Source: Patescibacteria group bacterium
Lineage (GTDB): Bacteria; Patescibacteriota; Microgenomatia; UBA1406
DNA: 64,000 nt
NCBI GenBank assembly: GCA_041665145.1
Contig: JBAYJK010000001.1
Location: 99,464-163,463 of the forward strand
Direction of reading: 5' to 3'
This document shows positions 48,321-57,399 of the stretch, piece after piece. Under the pieces are notes generated by a model. It made no database searches, was not told where the DNA came from, and was given only the letters and a program-made list of their open reading frames with translations. A program made the translations under genes and the position numbers. How positions within the stretch are numbered: position 1 is the stretch's first letter; each line of letters begins with the position of its first letter.

Positions 48321-49790
48321 TTACGGAATCTGTAAGTCGGTGCCGATAATGATGGTCGTTTTCTTGGTATCACTGGTCTTTTCAAACTGGGCATTTTTTC
48401 CTCCTATGGGCGTAAGATCAGCTTTAATAAGCTTGTATGCCTCCTGGCTGCTTGAAATAATGAGCGTCTTCTCATAATCATAATTGTCTGCATTTGTCGC
48501 CGACTCGACTGTGTATTTCTGTTTTTCCAGATAGGACCGGAAGCGTCCCGCAAGTCCGGGTGTTCCGACTCCGTTTTGGATTTCGATAACAAGTTCATCT
48601 TTACTTACTGCCGGCGTCGGTTCTGTGGTCGGTATTGGTTCAGCTGTTGGAGCGGGAGTAGCCGTCGGTTTGAAGAGAGTGATTGAAGGAATCGACGGAA
48701 ATGACTTTACGGAGGCAAGTACACCCCGTAGCAGGAAATAACTTGCAGCAAATGACACGACAACAAGAGCGACTGTTTTTAAGTGATTTGTATACGAGAC
48801 CCCTCTTTTATGCACGGACGGTGTTCCAGGCACCGGAACGGTGTATTGTTTGGTGTTTGTTATCGCGATTTGTCGCGCAGATTTATCTTCCAGTCGTTTG
48901 AGTAATACGAGTTCCCGGCTGTATTCCAGTATTACATCCTGGAAACCATACAATTGCGCAACTTCCGAAATGGAAGAGGTGGGAAGAATCTTTTGCAGGG
49001 GATTTGTCCATACTCCGACATCTTTGGTGAAATTATCCTGACGGACTGCTGTAGATTCAGTGCCGCTCAGAATTAATCGTGCCAACTTGTTCTTTTCTTG
49101 GCTGTTAACTTTTTTTATCTCATCCTTCATGTCTTTTGAGGCAAAAAAGACCGTGCTGTTTGAGCAAAGTCCAATCGCATCAAACAAAAGACCATAACTC
49201 ATAGTGGCGTCGTATTCCAAAAATAATGACGGCTCCTCCTTTGTTTTATTCAAAGTGTGTGAAAACAGATCAAAAATCAGGAGCGACTCGGGGTAAATAT
49301 CCGATATCGTTAACTCGTAGAAAGACAGCAAAGTCTTTATCCGGTCATATATCTCCGGAGTAAGGATATAGGCTTGAGCAAACTTCTTTCCCCTGTTTTC
49401 CATCAAAAAATATTGTATCGTTGCCGATTCCAGATTTTGCGGAAACGTTTCGACAATTTTTGATTTGACATATTGATCAATGGCGCTGTCCTGAATGTCC
49501 GTTGGTATTTCAACCCGGGCAAACTGAAAGAATCTTTGGCCAAGAATAAGCGAAACTTTCTGTGCGGTGAACTTTGTTACCGCAGTTTCGGTAAGGGCTT
49601 TTTTCAGGTACAAAGCCCACGCGTCGATATTGAAGTGTTCAACTTCTCCCGCCGGAATTACTACTTCGGAGTGACTGATCTTCTTTTGACCCATCAAAGG
49701 AGTGTCTATTCGAAGATAGTGGATTGTATCGTGGAGAATACTTAAAATATTCATTACCCTTATTCTGTCACAAATCGTCGTATGCTGCAA
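48321..49790 (-). CDS. Membrane-anchored protein with C-terminal LytR_C domain and uncharacterised ~340-aa N-terminal cytoplasmic domain
   Basis: Single TM ([16 protein letters not shown]). The C-terminal [29 protein letters not shown]...TTIIIGTDL matches the LytR C-terminal domain pattern. Confidence 0.5.
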   Translation of the reverse strand: MQHTTICDRIRVMNILSILHDTIHYLRIDTPLMGQKKISHSEVVIPAGEVEHFNIDAWALYLKKALTETAVTKFTAQKVSLILGQRFFQFARVEIPTDIQDSAIDQYVKSKIVETFPQNLESATIQYFLMENRGKKFAQAYILTPEIYDRIKTLLSFYELTISDIYPESLLIFDLFSHTLNKTKEEPSLFLEYDATMSYGLLFDAIGLCSNSTVFFASKDMKDEIKKVNSQEKNKLARLILSGTESTAVRQDNFTKDVGVWTNPLQKILPTSSISEVAQLYGFQDVILEYSRELVLLKRLEDKSARQIAITNTKQYTVPVPGTPSVHKRGVSYTNHLKTVALVVVSFAASYFLLRGVLASVKSFPSIPSITLFKPTATPAPTAEPIPTTEPTPAVSKDELVIEIQNGVGTPGLAGRFRSYLEKQKYTVESATNADNYDYEKTLIISSSQEAYKLIKADLTPIGGKNAQFEKTSDTKKTTIIIGTDLQIP

Positions 49791-49791
49791 G

Positions 49792-50229
49792 TCAATTATT
49801 GTGGTCTGAAGTGAGAATGTGTGTCGTGGAAAAAGGTTTAATTAGTGGCGTGACAACCGCCAGCTCCGCACCGATGTCCGCAGCCATCTGTCGTTTATTG
49901 TCCTCCTGAGGGTCCTGCTCGGTAATTGCAATAACCGTCGGATGAACGGTTTGAACGAGCTTTTTATACTCCTCCGTTGTGGCAAAAAAGGGAAGAGGTA
50001 TTACTTTATCAACGTATCGCAGAGCCTCGAGAATTATTTTGCGTTCGGCTTGCGTATGAACAGGAATTCGGTGTTTGTGTGTTTTAATAAATTCGTCGCT
50101 TTCGAGTGCTACGATCAGGAAGTTTCCGCGTGCTTTTGCAGCTTTGAGAAACTGAATGTGGCCATAATGCAAGACGTCGAAGCAACCCCCGACAAGTACT
50201 ACTTGTTGTGCCGAATTTTCGTCAGACAT
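49792..50229 (-). CDS. Cytidylyltransferase-like nucleotidyltransferase (TagD / RfaE-domain-II family)
   Basis: GGCFDVLHYGHIQFLKAAK (HxGH motif); 145 aa. Confidence 0.7.
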   Translation of the reverse strand: MSDENSAQQVVLVGGCFDVLHYGHIQFLKAAKARGNFLIVALESDEFIKTHKHRIPVHTQAERKIILEALRYVDKVIPLPFFATTEEYKKLVQTVHPTVIAITEQDPQEDNKRQMAADIGAELAVVTPLIKPFSTTHILTSDHNN

Positions 50230-51154
50230 TTATTTTGTCTTTTAACAGATACTGTGGACGATTCTGAACCTCCCTATAAATTTTTCCGGTGTACTCACCG
50301 ATAATACCTATTGTGACGAGCTGTGCCCCTCCGATAAACAGAACGGCAACAAATAATGCGGTCCAACCGGTCACCCAGTATTGGTGCGGCATGAAAAAAC
50401 GGATGAATAATGCATACAGAATACCGGTAAAACCCAGCAGCGAAGCAAGAAACCCGGTGTAGGTGGCAAGTCTCAGAGGTTTGACGGAAAACGATACAAT
50501 CCCGTCCAATGCGAAATTGATCATTTTAGAGAGCGTGTAATGGGTAGTTCCCGCGAATCTTTTATCTCTATTAAATTCCACAACTTCCTCACGAAAACCG
50601 CCCCACGCGGCGAGGCCTCTATAAAATTTATTGTGTTCCGGCAAATTCTTCAGAAAATCATTCACTTTTTTATCCTGTAATCGATAATCACCCACATCCG
50701 TGGGGATGGGAATGTCCGACAGAAAATTAAGACAACGGTAAAAAATAAATGCTGTGACGCGCTTGAAAATAGAGTCGTCACGTTTCTTCCGTTTGGCATA
50801 GACTAAATCAGCACCTTCCTGCCATTTCTTTATCAGTTCCGGTATTATCTCAGGCGGATCTTGCAGGTCTGCATCTATTGTTACGGTACAATCACCGGTT
50901 GCGTGCGAATATCCGCATGACAAAGCCACCTGATGGCCGAAATTGCGCGTAAACGAAAGGACTTTAATCTGTTTATTTTTGCCTGCCTCCTTTTTGAGGA
51001 GAGCGTAAGTGTTGTCGGTTGATCCGTCATCAATGGTAATTATCTCGTATTGATAGCGGGACAATAGGGGAATGAGTCGTTTGAAAAGCGCTTCAATATT
51101 GTGTTCTTCATTGTGAATCGGTATGACAACTGAAAGAAGGAAGTTGGTTTTCAT
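50222..51154 (-). CDS. Polyprenyl-phosphate glycosyltransferase, GtrB/ArnC-like GT2 with C-terminal TM pair
   Basis: LSVVIPIHNEEHNIE, ITIDDGSTDNT, TIDADLQDPPE, and two C-terminal TM helices; a paralog of the 21677 gene. Confidence 0.8.
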   Translation of the reverse strand: MKTNFLLSVVIPIHNEEHNIEALFKRLIPLLSRYQYEIITIDDGSTDNTYALLKKEAGKNKQIKVLSFTRNFGHQVALSCGYSHATGDCTVTIDADLQDPPEIIPELIKKWQEGADLVYAKRKKRDDSIFKRVTAFIFYRCLNFLSDIPIPTDVGDYRLQDKKVNDFLKNLPEHNKFYRGLAAWGGFREEVVEFNRDKRFAGTTHYTLSKMINFALDGIVSFSVKPLRLATYTGFLASLLGFTGILYALFIRFFMPHQYWVTGWTALFVAVLFIGGAQLVTIGIIGEYTGKIYREVQNRPQYLLKDKINV

Positions 51155-51160
51155 GCTTGT

Positions 51161-51229
51161 GTTGCGGGGCTGGGAGTCGGACCCAGCCTAAAAGGTTATG
51201 AGCCTTTTGTGCACCGTACACTACCCCGC
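51161..51229 (-). tRNA. Atypical initiator-like tRNA-Met (anticodon CAU), 69 nt
   Basis: Manual fold: acceptor TGCGGGG/CCCCGCA plus A (matching the E. coli tRNA-fMet acceptor strand apart from a U1-A72 pair in place of the C1xA72 mismatch; a 3' A also follows CCCCGCA in both), U8, anticodon stem AAAGG/CCTTT with loop CTCATAA (U33, CAU, A37), T-arm CTGGG-TCCGACT-CCCAG. Oddities are a 5-nt D-loop and C55 instead of U55. An extended -10 lies upstream. Confidence 0.5.
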
Positions 51230-51244
51230 ACTAATTTACGAGAT

Positions 51245-51253
51245 AGTATAACA
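51245..51253 (-). promoter_or_regulatory. Extended -10 (TGtTATACT) promoter for the tRNA-Met-like gene
   Basis: The reverse complement reads TGTTATACT, ending 15 nt upstream of the tRNA 5' end. Confidence 0.4.
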
Positions 51254-51284
51254 CATACAGAGCTAATATCGAAGATCAGAAGGA

Positions 51285-51995
51285 TTATTCTTCTACAATA
51301 GTTAGATTCAGAATCTTGTCAGGCTTTACCGGTTGCGAGTCTTCTCCCGACGGACTGGTGGTAACCGGTGCTGTTGCGATTTTATCGACCACATCAAGAC
51401 CGGTAACGACATGCCCGAAAATAACGTAATTTTTTGGCAGTCCGGCGTCTGCATGCATGATAAAAAATTGACTCCCGTTTGTGTTCGGTCCTGCGTTTGC
51501 CATGGCCACCGTTCCTCTCGTGTATTCACCGGTAAATGGTTCGTCATCAAATCGGTATCCTGGTCCGCCGGTACCGTCACCTTTCGGGTCACCGCTCTGA
51601 ATCATAAAGCCGTCAATTATCCGATGAAAAATAACATTATCATAGAACTTCTGACGGGCAAGAAACACAAAATTATTTACGGTCTGTGGTACAGTGTCAG
51701 CAGCAAGTTCTATAACAATCTCTCCCTGCGAAGTTTTCAATGTTGCAGTGTACTTTTTTGCAGAGTCTATGGTTAACTCGGGGGGAGTGTTCCACTGTTT
51801 CTTCGCCGTACTGTTTTTGGTATTTTTTTTCATAGTATCTTCTGTTGGTTCCTCTGTAACTTGTATTAATTGACTGTCCGGCGTTGGGGTGGGTGTTGCT
51901 GAAATTGTCGGTGTGCCACCGTTTGTCACAATAAAATAAACTACGACTACGAGAGTTGCAGCTACGGCGATGAGGTAATAGATTTCTTTTTTCAT
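51285..51995 (-). CDS. ppiB: Secreted cyclophilin-type peptidyl-prolyl cis-trans isomerase
   Basis: FHRIIDGFMIQSGDP, GGPGYRFDDE, AMANAGPNTNGSQFFI; N-terminal TM/signal plus a TPTPTP linker. The start is at MKKE (51995); 52010 is the alternative. Confidence 0.85.
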   Translation of the reverse strand: MKKEIYYLIAVAATLVVVVYFIVTNGGTPTISATPTPTPDSQLIQVTEEPTEDTMKKNTKNSTAKKQWNTPPELTIDSAKKYTATLKTSQGEIVIELAADTVPQTVNNFVFLARQKFYDNVIFHRIIDGFMIQSGDPKGDGTGGPGYRFDDEPFTGEYTRGTVAMANAGPNTNGSQFFIMHADAGLPKNYVIFGHVVTGLDVVDKIATAPVTTSPSGEDSQPVKPDKILNLTIVEE

Positions 51996-52017
51996 GTTGT
52001 GAGCATACAAAAAAATA

Positions 52018-52827
52018 TTAATTTTGTCTAATTGTATATTGTTTATCCGATAGAATAATAAGACCGTCTTCGATGAGCTTGTCTAAAATTGCATTTCCCC
52101 GTAGCATGTCCGTGGACTGTAAGAGTTCCTTTTTCGTCCGGTGACCATGCTTCAAAAGTTCTCTAATTATCTGTCCGCGAAGTTGACGTGCTGATCCGGA
52201 AAATACGGACTGTTTTGAATAATGAGCGCTTTCGCGACCGGGATTTTTGTATGTCTTTTTGATAAAAGTTCCATAGTCCATTAACGCCCAGTACCACTCG
52301 CGGGGATTCTTGAGATCGATTGTTTTTTTAATTAATGGGATTATTTCACGATCGTGAATCCCGGGTTTATTGGGGAAAAAGTGATGTAAATATACGGATC
52401 TGATATTTGTTTCAATAAATAGTGCCGGTATATTGAACGCGTATGCAAGAATTGCTCCGGCAGTATTCGGACCGATGCCGGGAAGACTTTGTAAAATCTT
52501 TTTATCGGTGGGAAAAACTCCCTGCAATTTGCCCGAAACAATTACTGCTGTTTGTTTCAGGTATAGCGCACGACGGTTGTATCCCAATCCCTGCCATTTC
52601 GCAAGAATGGCGTTCAATGGCGCTCGGGCAAGCGCATAAATATTGGGAAAAGCCGCTATAAAAGACAGGTATTTATCAATTACCCGATTTACCTGCGTCT
52701 GTTGCAACATTATTTCGGAAACGAAAATACGATAGGGGTCGTCTGTTTCTCTCCAAGGAAACTTACGGTTATTTGTTACGTAATAGGACCGGACAGTTTC
52801 TCTGAATAACGAGAATCGCATGTGCAA
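52018..52827 (-). CDS. HhH-GPD superfamily DNA glycosylase (Nth/MutY-like) lacking the C-terminal 4Cys Fe-S loop
   Basis: Helix-hairpin-helix LPGIGPNTAGAIL followed by a conserved Asp region, and no CX6CX2CX5C cluster. Confidence 0.6.
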   Translation of the reverse strand: MHMRFSLFRETVRSYYVTNNRKFPWRETDDPYRIFVSEIMLQQTQVNRVIDKYLSFIAAFPNIYALARAPLNAILAKWQGLGYNRRALYLKQTAVIVSGKLQGVFPTDKKILQSLPGIGPNTAGAILAYAFNIPALFIETNIRSVYLHHFFPNKPGIHDREIIPLIKKTIDLKNPREWYWALMDYGTFIKKTYKNPGRESAHYSKQSVFSGSARQLRGQIIRELLKHGHRTKKELLQSTDMLRGNAILDKLIEDGLIILSDKQYTIRQN

Positions 52828-52835
52828 AAGTTTAT

Positions 52836-53834
52836 CTACTTGCTGTTACTGCTAATTGTTTCGTAAACAATGCGTGAAATTCCGGAGATTACTTCGGGAA
52901 GGATTCCTTTTGTGTCGGATCGTGTCATGATGCAGATAAGGTAGGGCATTGAAGGATAATAGACAATTCCACAGTCGTGTAATTGGGAAATGTTCTCATC
53001 GCCCACCTGACGTTCACCGAATTTGTGTGCTACAACGGTTCCTTTTTTAACGCCTGCAATTAAACCGTCTTTAAAAACAGATCTTGTCAATAAATCCAAA
53101 GCTTGCTCAGAAGACTGTTTGTTTAAGTAGGAGCTGTTGTAAAGTATTCGGAAAAAAGAAGCATATTCACGGACGCTGATAACAGCATCTTCATGCCCAG
53201 TAGGAGTGGGCATCTGCAAACCGAGCTCGTGGTAAGTTTGTTCAATCTTGCCGCTGGGCAAATAGCTGAATAACGATGCGGTAGCATCGTTATCGGAATA
53301 TGTGATCATGCGGTACAGTAATTCATCGATAGAGTAATTTTTGGTTGGATCAAGTTGTCGATCGGGCTTAATTGTCTGTTGAATCATTGTCGGCGCTGCG
53401 GTAACCGGAAGCAGCGTTTTCAGTAACGTGGGGTTTGTCTCCGATTCTTTGAGATATGAAATAAGCAACGGTACTTTGAGCAAACTTGCCGGAGAAAATT
53501 TTTCAGTAGCGTTAATGCCGATCCATGGCCCGTTATTTAAGTCTCTGAAGTAAACAGAGACATTCAAAACATCTGACTTGGCAGTTTCTTCTTCGATAAA
53601 ATCGTTAATTCTACTCCGCAATGAGTTGTATTTGATGACCCCTATCTCTTGAGAATCGTCACACTCTAATAACGGACTAATGTATTTGTAGCCGCTCTGA
53701 TGCTTCTCCTGAAAAGTGCTTTCAGCAGTAATTGCGTCGTTCTGAATGAATAGAAGCGAAAAAACGACACCCAAAAAAAAGGTAAGCAATAATGCAAATA
53801 GACCGGAGTATTTACGATACGGTAGGGTTATCAT
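52836..53834 (-). CDS. Class A beta-lactamase-like / PBP-fold serine hydrolase, membrane-anchored
   Basis: SxxK (PASLLK), SDN (YSDNDA), and a KFG element in place of KTG; N-terminal TM. Confidence 0.55.
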   Translation of the reverse strand: MITLPYRKYSGLFALLLTFFLGVVFSLLFIQNDAITAESTFQEKHQSGYKYISPLLECDDSQEIGVIKYNSLRSRINDFIEEETAKSDVLNVSVYFRDLNNGPWIGINATEKFSPASLLKVPLLISYLKESETNPTLLKTLLPVTAAPTMIQQTIKPDRQLDPTKNYSIDELLYRMITYSDNDATASLFSYLPSGKIEQTYHELGLQMPTPTGHEDAVISVREYASFFRILYNSSYLNKQSSEQALDLLTRSVFKDGLIAGVKKGTVVAHKFGERQVGDENISQLHDCGIVYYPSMPYLICIMTRSDTKGILPEVISGISRIVYETISSNSK

Positions 53835-53853
53835 GTATTAGAATAGGATTATA

Positions 53854-54510
53854 TCATGCTTCCAGAATATTCTTTACGGTCTTAAACGTTTCTTCTGCGG
53901 TTAAGATTCTGGTGTGCCCGACAACATTGATTTTGATGTTAGTTGCCTGTGGTAGCTGAAGGTTTCTGTTAGGTAATACGTGATTATCAAACTCAGGGTA
54001 GAGGGCAAAGATCTTGCCGTTATTCTCCGTACACTGCATACATTTCCGTATTGCCGCGCTGTTGGGGATAAGTTCAGATAATGAATTAATATAAAGATAC
54101 CCGAACACAGATCCTTGGTAGGGAGTGGAGAGCGATACGGACAGTTTTATCCGCTGGTTAATCTCCGGGAAATTATCCATAAGATATTTGGCGACAACTC
54201 CGCCCTTGCTGTGCGAAATGCACACGATGTTGTCCAACTTATTTTCCATGATGAAGTTTGCATAAGTGTCCGCGAGATCCTTGATTTTATTGAACGTATT
54301 TAATAATGAAGGGACATAAATAGGATGTCCGAGTTTGTGTATGAAGTTTGCGAGTTGTAGCAAGGAAACAAAGGTTTCCGACAACCCGGGAAAAAGTAAA
54401 ACCGGATTCTTTTTTCCTTCTTTCCACGCAAGTGGAGGGGTTTTGATTTTGAGAGCACGGGCGTGCAGTTGAGCGATTAATACATACTCTTTTAGTAAAT
54501 CGATGAACAT
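53854..54510 (-). CDS. Alpha/beta-hydrolase fold esterase/lipase-like protein
   Basis: Nucleophile-elbow-like ISHSKGG and the typical VLLFPGL...H order. The start is at MFIDLL (54510) to avoid a divergent overlap with the nudix gene; ORF-track 54561 is the alternative. Confidence 0.45.
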   Translation of the reverse strand: MFIDLLKEYVLIAQLHARALKIKTPPLAWKEGKKNPVLLFPGLSETFVSLLQLANFIHKLGHPIYVPSLLNTFNKIKDLADTYANFIMENKLDNIVCISHSKGGVVAKYLMDNFPEINQRIKLSVSLSTPYQGSVFGYLYINSLSELIPNSAAIRKCMQCTENNGKIFALYPEFDNHVLPNRNLQLPQATNIKINVVGHTRILTAEETFKTVKNILEA

Positions 54511-54546
54511 CAAGAAGATTATACCAATGTTTGTTACACTGCTCAG

Positions 54547-54972
54547 ATGGAGAGGGAACACTTAGGTGTATGTGTGATTGTTCTTGACGCTACTAAAACA
54601 AAAGTATTACTGGGGAAGCGGAAAAATAGTTACCGTTCTGGAACATTCGGTTTGCCAGGAGGCAGGTTAGAACTTAAAGAATCATTACAAGATTGTGGTA
54701 CAAGAGAGCTTATTGAAGAAACAGGTTTGCGCTCAAAAACATTACGTTATGTGGGTGTGGTTCGAGAACTGCAGGAGAAATTCAATTTTATTCATTTTGT
54801 CTTTCTGTGCGACTCATATGAGGGAAGTCCTTCGTTGACGGAACCTGAAAAGTGTGAGGGCTGGGAGTGGTTCTTGCTAGAAAACTTGCCGGAAAATATT
54901 TTACCAGGGCACAAAGCTGCTCTTGATTTTTTAATCAACAAGAATAAAAAGACGATTCGAGATTTAATCTAA
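54547..54972 (+). CDS. NUDIX hydrolase
   Basis: Nudix box GGRLELKESLQDCGTRELIEETGL (GX5EX7REUXEEXGU). Confidence 0.85.
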   Translation: MEREHLGVCVIVLDATKTKVLLGKRKNSYRSGTFGLPGGRLELKESLQDCGTRELIEETGLRSKTLRYVGVVRELQEKFNFIHFVFLCDSYEGSPSLTEPEKCEGWEWFLLENLPENILPGHKAALDFLINKNKKTIRDLI

Positions 54973-55508
54973 ACAAGTAATTGGAGTGCTTCCAAAGCTC
55001 TGTCCTCAAATATGTGAACTATCTCAAGTTTCTCCTCAAGCGAGTCAGTATCATTATACCGAGTACCTGTGAGCAGCTCTTTGGTAATCCTTCCTCTCTG
55101 ATGAAGCGCATTAGCTAATTCTTGATAGGTGTCTGCTCTTACACAGCCGGCCAAGTCGTTTATCCCCGCATTAACTAACCCCAATCTTCCACGCCTAAGC
55201 TGATTCGTTCTATAATAAATGTCCAAAAATGCATCTCCAAATTTTCTGTACATTTCTGCTCGCCAAACCCTTCTTGCAGAGTGATTTTTCCCAAAGTTAT
55301 CGCCGACAGCTTGGGCACGTAAAAATCTTTGGAGATCATCAACACTGCTTAAAACCAAATCTGCGTCTTCAGGTTTGAATCTTGTTAAATATTTCTCTGC
55401 TTCGAGCTGAGGCAGTACTAGCAATCTTCTGGGGAAAAAAATCACTCCATATTCACTGGTAAGAATATCTCGCAGAGGTGTCTCATGGTCCTGATCAGTT
55501 TGTTTCAT
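54969..55508 (-). CDS. Hypothetical protein (179 aa, Arg-rich, no recognised domain)
   Basis: A clean ORF whose stop overlaps the nudix stop region, located upstream of the tRNA-Pro promoter. No motif was recognised. Confidence 0.4.
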   Translation of the reverse strand: MKQTDQDHETPLRDILTSEYGVIFFPRRLLVLPQLEAEKYLTRFKPEDADLVLSSVDDLQRFLRAQAVGDNFGKNHSARRVWRAEMYRKFGDAFLDIYYRTNQLRRGRLGLVNAGINDLAGCVRADTYQELANALHQRGRITKELLTGTRYNDTDSLEEKLEIVHIFEDRALEALQLLV

Positions 55509-55563
55509 ACATATAGTATATCAATTTGCCTTGCCTCCACAACATATTAACGTTTTGTAACTA

Positions 55564-55596
55564 TTGACTAGTATCGTAGTGTATTTGTTATATAAT
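55564..55596 (+). promoter_or_regulatory. Promoter for tRNA-Pro (TATAAT -10 at 55591-55596; possible TTGACT -35 at 55564-55569 with long 21-nt spacer)
   Basis: Consensus hexamers are seen directly; the -10 lies 10 nt upstream of the tRNA 5' end. Confidence 0.45.
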
Positions 55597-55606
55597 GGTG
55601 CACAAT

Positions 55607-55680
55607 CGGGGTGTAGTTCAGATGGCTAGAACGTACGCATGGGGTGCGTAAGGTCGCCGGTTCAAGTCCGGCCACCCCGA
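55607..55680 (+). tRNA. tRNA-Pro (anticodon GGG)
   Basis: Manual fold: C1-G72 acceptor CGGGGTG/CACCCCG (C1:G72 is typical of bacterial tRNA-Pro), U8, D-arm GTTC/GAAC with GG, anticodon loop ATGGGGT, T-arm GCCGG-TTCAAGT-CCGGC, discriminator A; 74 nt. Confidence 0.8.
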
Positions 55681-55684
55681 CAGC

Positions 55685-55713
55685 GGCCTTCCGAAGCTTT
55701 AGCGAAGGAGGCC
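55685..55713. terminator. GC-rich hairpin (GGCCTTCCG ... CGAAGGaGGCC) shared by tRNA-Pro and the convergent small gene
   Basis: A stem of about 9 bp with a one-nucleotide bulge and a 9-nt loop; a T-run (CTTTTT) lies about 20 nt downstream. Confidence 0.4.
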
Positions 55714-55756
55714 ATTAGAACTCTTGCAACAACTTTTTAGCAGAGCGAAGGGGGAC

Positions 55757-55984
55757 TCAGTTTTCCGTATGTTCAACCTTCAGAATTATGTTGGGTTTAA
55801 CCTGCGCAATAGCCGGCAATAAGTGATTTAAAACTTGTTCGGCAGTCATTCTGAATTTTTTACCCTTGGCTGAAATTTTTAGCCACCCATCTTTGTCCTT
55901 GTAATACTTTTCAGTAAAATTCTTTGTCCCGAGGTATATTACATAACTGCTATTTTTAAGATCCATTATTAATGATAATAACAC
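55757..55984 (-). CDS. Small hypothetical protein (75 aa)
   Basis: A compact ORF with good coding character, convergent on the tRNA-Pro terminator hairpin; no domain was recognised. Confidence 0.35.
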   Translation of the reverse strand: MLLSLIMDLKNSSYVIYLGTKNFTEKYYKDKDGWLKISAKGKKFRMTAEQVLNHLLPAIAQVKPNIILKVEHTEN

Positions 55985-56024
55985 GTCTTCATAAGCTAGT
56001 GTGTGTATTTGTTATACTATTTTC

Positions 56025-56357
56025 ATGACAGATATACTCTTGGTTTATATCACGTGCGAAAGTGTCGAGCAGGCGAAGTCGATCGGAAAGCATTTAATGA
56101 ATAAAAGACTATGTGCTTGCGTAAATATTTTTCCGGATATGCACCCTATGTTTTTCTGGCCGCCGAAAGAAAACAAAATTGATGAAAGTAAAGAAGTGGT
56201 GTTAATTGCCAAAACAACCGAAAGCAAATATCAAGCATTGGAAGACGAGGTTCATAAAGTACACACATATGATGTTCCGTGTGTTATTGCTATCCCCACT
56301 GCACATGTCTCCAAAAAATATTATGACTGGTTAGTCGGGGAGATAAACGAACCGTAG
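56025..56357 (+). CDS. cutA: Divalent-cation tolerance protein CutA
   Basis: Conserved CutA1 blocks LCACVNIFP..MHPMFFWP, KTTESKYQAL, HTYDVPCVIAIP, YYDWL. The start may instead be 56001. Confidence 0.75.
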   Translation: MTDILLVYITCESVEQAKSIGKHLMNKRLCACVNIFPDMHPMFFWPPKENKIDESKEVVLIAKTTESKYQALEDEVHKVHTYDVPCVIAIPTAHVSKKYYDWLVGEINEP

Positions 56358-56367
56358 AGTTGAACTT

Positions 56368-57396
56368 ATGGATAAGCTATATATTCAACATGAAGGTCGA
56401 GTAATTACCACAGACAGTCAACATACTCATGTAATGGCTCTTGCCCTTGACCAGAAAAACAATTACCAACAAGGAATTGTGCGATGTATTACTGACAGAA
56501 TTGGGGATGTAAGGGTTAAGGGTTATGTTGATCGAAGTGAATTGTATAGGGTCGACGGTAATTCTCTAGAGTACTTTAAAATCGGTAAGAAACTTCAAAT
56601 GAAAAACGAGTCGAAAATATTGAATAGATTGGTTGCTAAAGATGAAGATTTTATTGGTTTTGAAGATCCGGATATCTGGCACGATGAAAAATTGAACCAG
56701 ATGCATGTTTATTTTACCGTACCGATTATACCTAAGGATAAAACTAAAAAGATTAAAATCCACCTTGGTCATGCGGTTGGCGAGAATCTTGACTCTCTTG
56801 AAATGACGATGCCAGTTCTTAATGGCTTTGCGGATAAAAGCGCGAAAGAGTTAGCTATAGCACCCGTAAACAAGAAAGGTTTCCGGTTTAACTTAATCGA
56901 ATCCCGTGATCGCTCGAACGGAACAACGTATTCGGTAGTGATGACGGCAATAGCTAAAGATATGAATGGCCCATGGCAGTATGGCAAAATAGTTTGTCAC
57001 CCAGGGATGCTCAATATCCCATGGATCGGTGGCCACGCCTCCCCGGGACCTCTCTTCTCTCAGAACTTTATTAATGTCGGGGAAGGTAAAGTAATAGGGT
57101 TGATGAATGGACGTGAAGCAGATAAGGTTGTTGGAGAAACTACAACGTATGGTATGTTTTCTATAGGACTATTTCTCTACGACTATGAAAACGGGATTAT
57201 TGATTGGATATCCCCCGAGCCATTTATAAGGGACGACGAAGCGCAGACGATCACCTTTGCCAGTCAATTCATCGAAACAGGTAGGGGTGAAGGAATTTTG
57301 TATGCACATGTGGACGACTCATTTGTCAGGGCCTACACATTGAAAGCGAATCTAATAAAAAGATTACTTCCTAGTACGAAAGTAGTACAATATTGA
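56368..57396 (+). CDS. Beta-propeller glycosidase-like protein (GH130/DUF377-like)
   Basis: An FEDPDIW element resembling the GH130 EDPR motif and predicted all-beta repeats; the assignment is tentative. Confidence 0.35.
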   Translation: MDKLYIQHEGRVITTDSQHTHVMALALDQKNNYQQGIVRCITDRIGDVRVKGYVDRSELYRVDGNSLEYFKIGKKLQMKNESKILNRLVAKDEDFIGFEDPDIWHDEKLNQMHVYFTVPIIPKDKTKKIKIHLGHAVGENLDSLEMTMPVLNGFADKSAKELAIAPVNKKGFRFNLIESRDRSNGTTYSVVMTAIAKDMNGPWQYGKIVCHPGMLNIPWIGGHASPGPLFSQNFINVGEGKVIGLMNGREADKVVGETTTYGMFSIGLFLYDYENGIIDWISPEPFIRDDEAQTITFASQFIETGRGEGILYAHVDDSFVRAYTLKANLIKRLLPSTKVVQY

Positions 57397-57399
57397 GCA

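Noticed and set aside
51333-51776. 147-aa plus-strand ORF
   Set aside because: It is antisense to the cyclophilin gene, which has unambiguous motifs.
55564-55569. TTGACT as -35 element for the tRNA-Pro promoter
   Set aside because: It is only partly accepted, because the spacer to the TATAAT is 21 nt and therefore too long for a canonical sigma70 promoter. The -10 is kept and the -35 is flagged as doubtful.
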